Assembly: GCA_963823665.1 (NCBI GenBank)
Contig: CAWGMQ010000004.1
Coordinates: 1,664,001-1,728,000, forward strand
Direction of reading: 5' to 3'
DNA length: 64,000 nt
DNA from: an uncultured Planctomycetota bacterium
Lineage (GTDB): Bacteria > Planctomycetota > Planctomycetia > Isosphaerales > Isosphaeraceae
Shown: positions 52,438 to 62,516 of the stretch, piece after piece
How the letters are laid out: each line of letters opens with the position of its first letter
Position numbering within the stretch: position 1 is the stretch's first letter
Position numbers and translations under genes: made by a program
The notes under the pieces: generated by a model
Seen by the model: the letters and a program-made list of their open reading frames with translations, nothing else
What the model was told of the DNA's origin: nothing
Database searches by the model: none

Positions 52438-55400
52438 TCAACCTGGCATGATCCTTCGCGCGGTCGGCGAGATGGTGAACTCGGTGGAACCCGCCAGTAA
52501 TACACCGTCAGCGCTTGATACGCCAGTCGGCGGCGAGTTGATCACCGTGATTTGACCTCCCTTGGCGAACGTCTGTTTCCCCTTGATGGTCAAGGTGACG
52601 GAGTTGTTCGACGGGTTATAGGCCGCGTTGAATGCGACGCTCCTGAGTTTCTTGCCGGCCGCGGCGATCCTCGAATCCACCTTGTAATTGCCCATCGATT
52701 CGACCGACGCTGGACTCATCGCGGTGCTGAAATCGAGCACAAAGCCCTCGAGCACGGCCTTCCCGACCGGCTTGCCCTTCTTGTTCTTGTTCCGCATCGT
52801 CAGAACCTGCTCGCCGATAATCGTCGGAGTCAGAGGGACAGTCACGTTCAGAGAGTGGCGCGTGTCGGTGGAACCGAAGAAGTCGGCGGTCCCGTTGTAA
52901 ACAGCCTGGATGGTGTAGGTGCCTGGTGAAGTGCCGGCGGGCAGAGGGTAGCTGGCGCTGGCCGTGCCATTCGTGACATTGACGGTGACGGCCGAGCCGA
53001 TCAAGGTCGTGCCGCTCACGATCGTGAAAGTCTCGGTGCCCTCGTTGACCGTACCGGCTTCACTGGTCACGGTGGCGCTGAGAAGAACGGCCTGGCCGGT
53101 GGGGCTGAACAAGGCCGAAGTGCTCGCAGCGGACGTGGACGTGGCACCCGTCACGACGAGCGTCGTGCTGCCCGTGATCGTGCGGGTGACAGAGTCTGTC
53201 GCCGTGATCATGCGGTGCCCGGCCGTATTCAAGACAACCTGCGTGAAGGTGTGCGATCCGGCGTCGCCGGCGGTGAAGGTGTAGGTGGCCGGCAGGCCCG
53301 GTGATCCGGCCGTCGGTGCTGCTCGAGGTCCACCGTGCCCTCATACTGGTTGGGGCCGCTCTTGACGGCATTGTCGTACTTGTCCATCGCCGTGACGGTG
53401 ACCGCGCCCACCGTTCCGGCCGGGTCCGGGTTCGCGAAGCTGGTGGTCACCACGAAGTCGTCGGCCGCCGCCGGGTTCACCGTCTCCGTCTGGGTGGGTG
53501 AGGAACTCAGGGCGGTGTCGGCGGCGGTCAGGGTCGGCGTACCGGCCTTGGTGTCGCCGTAATAGAAGCTGGCAGTGCTCTCGCCGGCGCTGATGACGAC
53601 GCTGGTGATGGGGCTGGTGCTACTTTGGGTCGCATAGAGGACGCCGGCTGTGCTGGTCGTGCTCAGATTGATTGTCTGCGCGATGGTGGAGGTGGCGCCC
53701 GGGTTGCCATAGACGTCCTCGAGCTGCACGGTGACCTGGCCGCGGCTTCCGGCGATCAGGCTCAGCGCCGGGCTGGTAATCGTCATGTCGACGGCCGCTG
53801 CTGGGATGACGTTGACCGAGGCGTTGCCGGTAATCGTGCGGGTCATGGAGTCGGTCGCGGTGATCGTCTGACTGCCCGCCGTCTTCAGGACCACGTTGGT
53901 GAAGGTGTGCGATCCGGCGTCGGCGGGTGTGAAGGTATAGCTGGCCGGTAGGCCCGCGACCTGAATGTCGGTGCTGCTGAGGTTCACCGTGCGCTCATAC
54001 TGGTTCGGGCCACTGCCCACGACGTTGCCGTAGTGGTCCATCGCGGTTACCGTGACCGAGCCCGCGGTACCGGCGACGTCCGCGTTCGCGAAGGCGGTGG
54101 TAACCGCGAAGCCTTGAACGGTTGCCGGAACGACGTTGACCGTGGCGCTGCCGGTGATCGTGCTGGTGACGGAGTCCGTCGCAGTGATCGTCTGGCTGCC
54201 CGCCGTTTTCAGCGCGACGCCGGTGAAGGTGTGCGATCCGGCGTCAGCGGGGTGAAGGTATAGCTGGCCGGTAGGCCCGCGACGTGAATGTCGGTGCTGC
54301 TGAGGTTCACCGTGCGCTCATACTGGTTCGGGCCACTGCCCACGACGTTGCCGTAGTGGTCCATTGCGGTGACCGTGACTGTGCCCGCGGTACCGGCCAA
54401 GTCGGGGTTCGCGAAGCTGGTGGTGACCGCGAGGTCTTGAGCCGCTGCTGCGTCGACTGTCTCCCGCTGGGTCGGTGCGGAGTTGAAGGCGGTGTCGGCG
54501 GCGGTCACGGTCGGAGTGCCCGCCAGCGTGTCGCCGGAGTAGAAGGTGGCGCTGGTCTGGCCGGCAGGGATGCCGACGCTGGTGGTCGGGTCGGTGCTGC
54601 CTTGGGTTGCATAGAAGGCGCCTGCCGTGCTGGTGGTGCTCAGGCCGATCGTCTGGTAGCTGGTGGAAGTGGCTCCCGGGTTGTCGAAGGTGTCCAAGAG
54701 CTGCACGGTGATCTGCCCGCGGCCGCCCGCTGCGAGGGTCAGCGGCGCGCTGGTGATCGTCACCTGGCTGGCCACCGCCGGGCTGACGAAGATGGTCTGG
54801 GAAGTGGTCGAACTCACCCCGCTCGAGTCGGTGCTGAAACCGATATCCATGGTCTCGGCCTTGTCGTGCGACAGGCCACTGAACGTCGCCACCCCGTTGG
54901 CGAGTGTGACCGTCAGGTTGCTCCCCTGGAGACCGGCTGTGCCGGTATTGCCTGACGCCGCGGTCACTGTGTTCGTGCTGTCGCTGGTGATCACGTTGCC
55001 GTATTCGTCCTCTTCCTCGACGACCGGCTGAATCGTGAATAGCACGCCTGCGGTTGCCGCGGGCGATGGCTGCTGTGTGACAAACAACTGGCTGGCAGTC
55101 GCCGCCTCGACGGTGACCGCGGGGCTGGTGCCGGTGATCGTTTCGTTGGCCGAATCGGTGGCGGTGATCGTCTGGCTCCCCGCCGTCTCCAGGATCACGC
55201 CGGTGAATTCATGCGAACCGGCGTCGGCGGCGGTGAACTTGTAGGTGGCGGGCAAGCCAGCCACCTGGCCGTCGGTGCTGCTGAATTCCACCGCGCCCTC
55301 GTACTGGTTGGGACCGCTGCTGACGGGATTGTGGTTCGCGTCGAAAGCCATGACGGTGACCGTGGCGGCGGTACCGGCCACGTCTGGGTTCGCGAAGCTG

Positions 55401-58369
55401 GTGGTCACCACGAAGGAGGCGGCTTCCGCCGGGTCGACCTGAATGCTATTGGAGGCGACCCCTGTGAGATTGCCGCTGGAGACCTGAAGCGTGTAGCCGG
55501 TCCCGGCGGTGTCCAGGGTCAGGCCGGAGAAAGTGGCCACGCCCTCATTCGCGGTCACGGTGGCGGTGCCCCCCAGACTCGCTCCGCCGGGGCCGCCGGC
55601 CAGCGCAACTGTCACCATGCTGTTGTAGGTCGTGTCGATCTGACCCTGATCGGTCTCGGCGTCGACGACGACGACGAATCCGGCGCCGGCGGCCAGCTCG
55701 GTTGGCGGCGGAGTCGCCAGTACCAGATGCGTGGCCGGCGGCGCAATGACGTTGAAGCCGGCGGTGGTGGCCGAGCTGAGGCCGGTCGCTGCGGCGAGGA
55801 TTGTGTAATTGCTGCCAGGCTCATTCAGCGTCAAGTCGGAAAAGCTCGCGATTCCGTTCGTCGCCCCGATCTCGAGCGTGCCACCCAGGGTCGCATTGCC
55901 CGGATTGGTCGCCAGCGTCAACGTGATGGGGCCGTCGTAGGAGGTGTCGACGTCACCCCGGCCATCCTCAGCCGAGACGACGATCGTGAACGTCGTCCCT
56001 GCGTCGACATTGCTGGGCGGCTGTGGCGGCTCGGTCGTTACCACCAGGTGCGTCGCACCCAGGGTGACGTTGAAGGGCTGGGTTGTGATGGCAGTCAGGC
56101 CGCTCGCAGTCGCGGTGATCGTGACCCCTTGCGCGGCATCTTTGAGGGTGAGGCCGGAAAAGACGGCGACTCCATTGTTCACGGTGGCCGTCAATGTTCC
56201 CTTGAGCGTATCGCCGCTCGGGTTGTTGCGGAGGGCGATCGTCACCGTGCCGTTGTAGTCAATACCCGGGTTTCCCAGGCTATTCTCAACGGAGACCACG
56301 ACGCCGAAGCCCTTACCGGCGGTAACGCTGCCGAGAGGCTCCGTCGTCACACCGACCTGGGTGGGAATCGCGATTGAGGAAAGCGTGACGACTCCAATGA
56401 CGCTCGGGTCGCCGTTGATTCCGGTGGCGGTAAACCAGATATTCCCATCTGTCCCGGCAGTAATCCCCTCGGGTTGGGCGTTGGCAACTGGGTATTCGTT
56501 GATCACTCCGGACGTTGTAATCGAACCGATGAACCCAGCGGCGGGGGGATTGATGTACGAATTGGGATCATCGAACCATAGGTTGCCGTCCGGACCGACG
56601 ACGATCTTCATGGCTTCGTGACCACTCGCCAGCTCATACGAATGGATCGTGGAACCGTTCGATGGATTAATGACATCAACGTAGTAGGCGGGATGGGCCT
56701 CGGTGATCCAGATGTTGCCGTCCGGGCCAGCCGTGATGCCGTAGGGCGTACCATTGACGTTGTACTCTGTGATGTGACTGGGGTCGTTCGGGGAGAACTC
56801 GCCGATCTTGTTCGAGCTTCTCTCGGTAAACCAGATGTTCCCACTCGCATCCACTGCGATACTTCCGGGATCGGCGTTCGCCGTTGGCACATTGAACTCA
56901 GTCACAGCCTTGGTCGCCGGGTCGATCCTGCCAATCTTGTCCGCATCGAACTCGGTAAACCACAGATCGCCATCCGAAGGATCGTACACGATGCTGGCAG
57001 GCCCGGAATCAGCGGTGTTTACCGTCTGCTGGCCGATAGCCCCATTCGACGGGTTGATCCAGCCAATTGCGTCTCCATCGTCAGGCCTACCAAACTCGGC
57101 GAACCAGAGATTGCCATCCGGACCGGGTGTGATTTCCTCGGGGCCGGAGAGAGGAGTCGGTAACGTGTATTCCGTCATGATGCCGGTTGTCGGAACGAGC
57201 TCGCCCAGCTGGTTGGAAGACCACTGGGTAAACCAGAGATTCCCGTTACTGTCGGACGTGATGTGGAGCGCGGGGCCGGCCAAGGTCGTCGTGTACTGAT
57301 AAGCGATTACATTGTGCGAACCTGGTCCGATCGAATCGATCGCGCTGCCGTTCGACATCACAAACCAGAGATTGCCATCCGATCCCGACGTGATTCCAAA
57401 CGGATTCGAGCCGGTGGAGAACTCTGTCACCTGGCCCGCGGTGGTGATCGTTGCGATATTCCCTGTCGCCGACTCGGTGAACCAGAGATTGCCATCTGGT
57501 CCGAGCGTGATGGAATCAGGCTCGGCACCGGCGGTCTTGACCGCAAATTCGTGAAGGAGCGCGCCGGTCGATGGGCTCATCACCGCGATCTTGTCGGTCC
57601 CGGTCAACGTGAGCCAGAGATTGCCGTCGGGGCCGACCGTGATGCCTTCGGCCTGGTCATTGCCCGCGGCGTCGATGGGAAACTCCTTCATGACATGTGT
57701 GGTCGGGTTAATCATGCCGATCTGGTTCTTGCCCGCCTCGGTAAACCAAATATTGCCATCCGGGCCCTCGACGATCCCGTACGGTTGGGCGCCGGCGGTG
57801 ATCGCGGGAAACAGCGAGATCTGGTCGGTGGCCGTGTTGATCACGCCGATCTGGTTCGTGTTGAACTCGGTGAACCAGACCGTCCCATTCGGTCCGGCGG
57901 TGATTCCGTCGACCTGCGGGTTGGCGCTGGTCAGCAGGGGAATTTCGGTAACGTGACCGTTGGTCGGGCTGATGACGCCGAACTGGTCGGCCGTCTCCTC
58001 GAAGAACCAGTAGTTTCCGTCTGGGCCGGCCGCGATCGGGCCGGGCCCGGAATTGTCGGTGGGGATGGGGTACTGGGTGACCCCGGCGCTGGTATTGCTC
58101 GGATTGATCATCCCGATGTTGTTCGAGCTCAGCGTGAACCAGATATTCTTGTCCGTCCCGGCCCCGGACGCAACTCCTTGAGGGCTACCACCCTCCACGC
58201 TAGTCGGGAAGTCGGCGACGTTGACGGAGGAAAGGAGCCTCCGCGACTCGAGGGCTTCGAGCACCGGCGAGCGGCGTCTCCAATGCCCCGCCGACTTCCG
58301 CCAGCCGTTCCGTGAATCCTTGGCCACCACGGCCTGCGGAGCCGGTCTTGTTGCCGTGTTGCCTCTCAT
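52438..58369 (-). CDS. Giant surface protein: two Vgb-like beta-propellers + Ig-like repeats (frameshifts near 54250 and 53310)
   Basis: LEALESRRLLS leader; 14 G.DGN.WFTE-type blades; Thr-rich repeats (GVATFSGL, DAGSHTF..V.L.TAGSQTITATD). Confidence 0.88.
53900..54370. repeat. Near-identical intragenic duplication (about 53900-54047 vs 54224-54370)
   Basis: About 145 bp with few substitutions and a 1-nt gap (gcgggtgtgaagg vs gcggggtgaagg). Confidence 0.85.
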
Positions 58370-58710
58370 GGTCGTTCGCCCCTCGTGCCGCTTCACAATC
58401 GTTCACATCAGCTTGGGATTTGGCCGGTCGCAGGGTCTGGGACGAACCTTCCCCACCAGAAAGCAGACGTCCGAGGCGTTCCCAACTTGCGCACGATCGC
58501 CGACTTAATCCCGGGCGCAAGTTAGCCAGTGCAGGATCGTCTTTCCTTTGGCGGCGCCGCGAAGACCGCCGAAGCGCGTCGGTGCGCCGGTTGAACAGTG
58601 CACGTTATCGGGGGACATCAGTAAGTTGAGGCTGCCCATATTCGTATGTATTACGAAGGGTATATACGCGGCCCTCATTCGTCGCGCGGGACGATCAGCG
58701 GCAAAGCTAG

Positions 58711-58904
58711 GTCGCTGTTTATCGCTCTGGAATGCCGGTTAACGCATCCTCGAGGATTTCGGCGGCGATCTGCATGGGGCTTGCCTTGCGTCCGTTGGTG
58801 CTGCTCTGCTCGGCCAGGCGGATAAGCTGTTGTCTCGTGGCGTCGCTCATCGGCACCTTGGGATGGCGTACCCAGCTTGGATCGGTTGGCCTGCCCGGGC
58901 GGAT
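58711..58904. repeat. Copy B of the cassette fragment (direct repeat of 59748..59944)
   Basis: About 195 bp, about 14 substitutions plus a 3-nt gap by hand alignment; the minus strand encodes GRPTDPSWVRHPKVPMSDATRQQLIRLAEQ...EDALTGIPER*. Confidence 0.9.
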
Positions 58905-58969
58905 TTCTGAAAAGCGTGAGCACTTACATGATAGTTTTGCGGGACGGGAGGTTCACCCGGGTTCAAGAC

Positions 58970-59398
58970 TCATGACGGGTTAAACAGCACGACACCGGCG
59001 GCGGCCGCGGCAGTTTTCAGCTTGCCGTCAAGGCATGCAAGCGGCAGGCCCCGGCGGATTGCCAGCTCGAGGTACGCGGCATCGTAGGCGGAGAGCTGAT
59101 GGGCTCGGGCCAGGTGCATGATGTCGCCGAACGCTCGGCTGCTGTTTTCATGGTCGATGACGATCGGCAATTTTTGAAGCAGCACGATAAATCGCTGGCT
59201 GCGGGCTTCGTCAAGCCGTTTGCGGCGTTCACCGATGATGGTGGCGTTGGCTACTTCGAGGCACCAGAGCGAGGGCACCACGGCCGGACGTTCGGCCAGG
59301 CTATCGCGGACAGCGTCAGTGTAGGGCGTGGCTTCGTCATCGAAGCACCATGTCATCGTGACGGAGCAGTCGAGCACGAAACCGTCCTTGGTTTCCAT
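58970..59398 (-). CDS. vapC: VapC family PIN-domain toxin
   Basis: FVLDCSV, LEVAN, LSAYDAAYLELA, LACLDGKL. Confidence 0.92.
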   Translation of the reverse strand: METKDGFVLDCSVTMTWCFDDEATPYTDAVRDSLAERPAVVPSLWCLEVANATIIGERRKRLDEARSQRFIVLLQKLPIVIDHENSSRAFGDIMHLARAHQLSAYDAAYLELAIRRGLPLACLDGKLKTAAAAAGVVLFNPS

Positions 59399-59422
59399 CA
59401 GCGAATCCTTCCGACTGCGGTT

Positions 59423-59671
59423 CTAAAAGCGGCGGCCGTCCTCGATCAGGTCGCGGACGGTGAGGCCGTCGCCCAGCGTGTTGCCCTTACTGAAGGCTTT
59501 GAGCTCTTTGATAACCTGGCGCACATCCGGCTTGGGTGTCGTGACAGAGACGGGTACAAGCCGGGCAACGGGCTTGCCGTGCTTGGTGATGGTGAATTCC
59601 TCTCCGTTTGCCACCCGCTCAAGGAGCTGGGGGAGATGCGTCTTGGCTTCAAACGATCCGACCGATTCCAT
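59423..59671 (-). CDS. Phd/YefM family antitoxin
   Basis: VGSFEAKTHLPQLLERV..GEEFTITKHGKPVARLVP. Confidence 0.92.
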   Translation of the reverse strand: MESVGSFEAKTHLPQLLERVANGEEFTITKHGKPVARLVPVSVTTPKPDVRQVIKELKAFSKGNTLGDGLTVRDLIEDGRRF

Positions 59672-59692
59672 GAGCCATCTCCTACACCATTT

Positions 59693-59711
59693 CAACTAGT
59701 TGTAACCAGTC
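59693..59711. promoter_or_regulatory. Putative TA autoregulatory operator
   Basis: Perfect palindrome CAACTAGTTG (59693-59702) plus an adjacent AACCAGT half-site about 20-40 nt upstream of the antitoxin start. Confidence 0.55.
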
Positions 59712-59755
59712 TACGAGAATTTACCCAATTTGACAACCGGAAGCTCAGTCGCTGT

Positions 59756-60175
59756 TTATCTGTCTGGAATGCCGGTTAAAGCATCCTCGAGGATCTGGGC
59801 GGCGATCTGCATGGGGCTTACCTTGCGTCCGCTGGTGCTGCTCTGCTCGGCCAGGCGGATAAGGCGTTGTCTGGTGGCGTCGCTCATGGGCACCTTGGGA
59901 TGCCGCCGTACCCAGCTTGGGTCGGTTGGCCTGCCTGGGCGGATACCTTGTCCAGGCTCGAGGCGGGCTTGAATGGTTCTTATCCGGCTGTTATTTCCAT
60001 GTGCCCCTGCGTCCGGGGACGGGGCCTTGGACAGCTTGATCTGCACGTCATAGCCCAGGCGGATAATGAAGCGGAGCAGCCTGTCGGTCGAGAATCCATC
60101 GAGGTGGCCTCTGAGCAATTCGGAAACCTTGGGCTGGCGGATGCCGACCAGTTTGGCAGTTTCGGCCTGCGTCAA
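59756..60175 (-). pseudogene. XRE HTH (HigA-like) fragment joined to an RHH-like fragment (cassette copy C)
   Basis: TQAETAKLVGIRQPKVSELLRG..FSTDRL, then GRPTDPSW...SPMQIAAQILE; TTG start and no upstream toxin. Confidence 0.65.
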
Positions 60176-60288
60176 ACGCTTGATCGACGCGTTGTCAATT
60201 AACTCGATCGCTCTTAGCGGGGGCCGAGGACGATCTTCGCCGTTGGTCGATGGTTGACAGCGCAGGCTTGTGCTAATTTAGCACCACC

Positions 60289-61494
60289 ATGAACTCTTCC
60301 GTAATCTCTCCGGTGCGCGGTGATCGCGCGGCAATCCTTGGTCGTCATGCCGTCCGCAGGAATACCGGCGTTCCTACGGTCTCGCTGCTCGTCGGACCGA
60401 TCGGGGCTGGCCTAAACGCATGGCGTCGCTGGGCAGCCGCCAGGGGACAAAGTGCAGTCGTCGCAAGCGGGAACGCGTTTCCGATTGCCGAATGGGTTCG
60501 CTCCGCCGCCGAAGAGACCGATCTGCCGGCCGCGGCGGTCCATTGCCTGGCCCGGCGATCCGAGCGTGATCCGAATGAGCTTTTTGCTGCGTGGCGGGCC
60601 AAGACCCCGTCGGATCGTGAAGGATTCTCGGATGGCCTCGCACCAAAATCGGACGATGATTTGCTTCAAGTCGTGGCGGGTTTGGCAGTCGGCCGAGCGT
60701 CACCCAGTACCGTTGCGGCTTCGCTCGGTGATCTGGGGGAACGGGTCGTACGCGTGATTGCTCACCTGGATCCCTCAACCAACTGGCCAGGTGTTCTGTT
60801 CCTCGCTCGCTCGGCGAACGACTTCTTGGCTGTCGGACGCGAAGCCGTGAAATGGGCCATGCAACTGCCAACCTTGTCAGTTGCAGTTGCAGTGCCGGCA
60901 GCGACTTGGGACGAATACCTCGCAGCCGCGCCGGAGTCGCGCACCAAAGCGCTCCTGAAAGAAGGTGAGCTCGCGGTTCCCGTAATTGATGCGGGGACTG
61001 CGGAGCAGATTTTGACCGAAGCCGGGGCGGCAAAGAGCGCGGTGGCGATGATCGCCGCGAATGACGCTGATCCAGCCCTACTGGAATCGGCTGTCGCCGC
61101 CGTTCGGGCCACCGCTGCCCCGCCGCCAACCAGAGCGGACGGCGACCGCGCCCGCAGCGCCGCCGAACGATTCCTCTACGCGTTCCTGGAATCGCTCCCT
61201 GAAACTGCGGGACGTTTCGAGCTGAATGCTGCCCTCGACTTCGAGTTCGGTCCCCGACCGGCAGAAGTCGACCTCCTGTGCCGCGCACCACGGATTGCTA
61301 TCGAGCTGGACGGCTACTTTCACTTCCTCGCGCCCGACGGCTACCGCCGCGATCGCTTGAAGGATTGGGAGCTGCAGCGACGCGGCTTCGTCGTATTGCG
61401 TTTCCTGGCCGAAGATGTCATTCCGCAGTTGGAGATGATCCGCGACCGCATCCTGGCGGCGCTTAACGTCACCTCATTCGGAGCACGCCCGTGA
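60289..61494 (+). CDS. Protein with a C-terminal DUF559 (Vsr-like) endonuclease domain
   Basis: RSAAERFLY, EVDLLC..RIAIELDGYFH, RDRLKDWELQRRGFVVLRF. Confidence 0.88.
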   Translation: MNSSVISPVRGDRAAILGRHAVRRNTGVPTVSLLVGPIGAGLNAWRRWAAARGQSAVVASGNAFPIAEWVRSAAEETDLPAAAVHCLARRSERDPNELFAAWRAKTPSDREGFSDGLAPKSDDDLLQVVAGLAVGRASPSTVAASLGDLGERVVRVIAHLDPSTNWPGVLFLARSANDFLAVGREAVKWAMQLPTLSVAVAVPAATWDEYLAAAPESRTKALLKEGELAVPVIDAGTAEQILTEAGAAKSAVAMIAANDADPALLESAVAAVRATAAPPPTRADGDRARSAAERFLYAFLESLPETAGRFELNAALDFEFGPRPAEVDLLCRAPRIAIELDGYFHFLAPDGYRRDRLKDWELQRRGFVVLRFLAEDVIPQLEMIRDRILAALNVTSFGARP

Positions 61495-62516
61495 CCTCGA
61501 CTCTCACCACTCCGCCCGCCACCGATACCGCTACTGCCGATCTCGTTTTGGTTCGAATGACCCTGCCGTGCACGAAGCCAGTTGCTCCGTCGGCTGTTCG
61601 AAGAGATGTCGGCAAGCTACTCGATTCGGAGCTTTCCACCGCCGACTTCGACGAATTGCGGAACGAGCTGGCTTCCGCCGGCTTCCTCGAAAAAGGGAAA
61701 CGGAACACGTTCGTCCTCACCGACTCGGGCCGCGCGCGGGCATTGCGCTTCCTTGGTGTCGCCGAGCTCTCCGCACGCACAAACTGGTCAACGGTTATCG
61801 CCAAGCACCTGTTCCCCAAAGCCGCCGAGCTCTCGAGCAGCGTGGCGGAAGAGTTGAATAATGGCGACAAGCTGGCCGCCTTCGTGCTCAAGCGGAAGTA
61901 CGGGCTCTCCGGAGGTGCCGGCTCGACCGTGAACCAAGTCCTCGAGGCCGTGGTCTGCAAGCAGCTCGGCTTCACCCAAGAAACGACACTCGACGGCCTG
62001 TTGCGCGGGGTTTTGAATCAGCTCATCGGAACCGAAAACCTGCCGAAGGACCAGCTCGTCAAGCAGCTACCGCTCTTCGAGACAGGGCTCAAGTCGACCA
62101 AAGCCGATACGGTGCGGTGCAAGGTGGTCAGGGACTGGCTCCGCGGCCAGCGGAAACCGCCGCAACCACGGGAGCAATTTGAAGCGGGCCGCCTCGAGCA
62201 TGAGCCGTTTGACCTATCAACGTTTGCCGCGACGGTACGGAAGCTGGCGGCCGATAGCCTGCCAGAGGATCGGTTCCACGACAACAAAGTGTTCATCGCT
62301 TCCCTGTGGCGGACAAGCCAGCGCGAGCCGAGTTTCCCGCGCGTTTCGCTCGCTGAGTTCAAACAGCGGCTGGTGGAGGCAAACTCTCAGAGTCTTCTCC
62401 GCTTGAGCCGAGCCGACCTCGTTCAGGCAATGGACCCGCAGTTGGTGGCCGATTCCGAGGCGGTGTATCTAAACGCGGCGTTCCACTTCGTACTCCTGGA
62501 AGGTGACCATCGATGA
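61491..62516 (+). CDS. Hypothetical protein with a winged-helix-like N-terminus
   Basis: GTGA overlap; LASAGFLEKGKRNTFVLTDSGRARA; C-terminal NKVFIASLW...LRLSRADLVQAM. Confidence 0.8.
   Translation: MTSTLTTPPATDTATADLVLVRMTLPCTKPVAPSAVRRDVGKLLDSELSTADFDELRNELASAGFLEKGKRNTFVLTDSGRARALRFLGVAELSARTNWSTVIAKHLFPKAAELSSSVAEELNNGDKLAAFVLKRKYGLSGGAGSTVNQVLEAVVCKQLGFTQETTLDGLLRGVLNQLIGTENLPKDQLVKQLPLFETGLKSTKADTVRCKVVRDWLRGQRKPPQPREQFEAGRLEHEPFDLSTFAATVRKLAADSLPEDRFHDNKVFIASLWRTSQREPSFPRVSLAEFKQRLVEANSQSLLRLSRADLVQAMDPQLVADSEAVYLNAAFHFVLLEGDHR

Noticed and set aside
56380..58200. Streptogramin resistance (virginiamycin B lyase)
   Set aside because: The Vgb-like blades are part of a giant exported Ig-repeat protein; fold similarity does not imply resistance.
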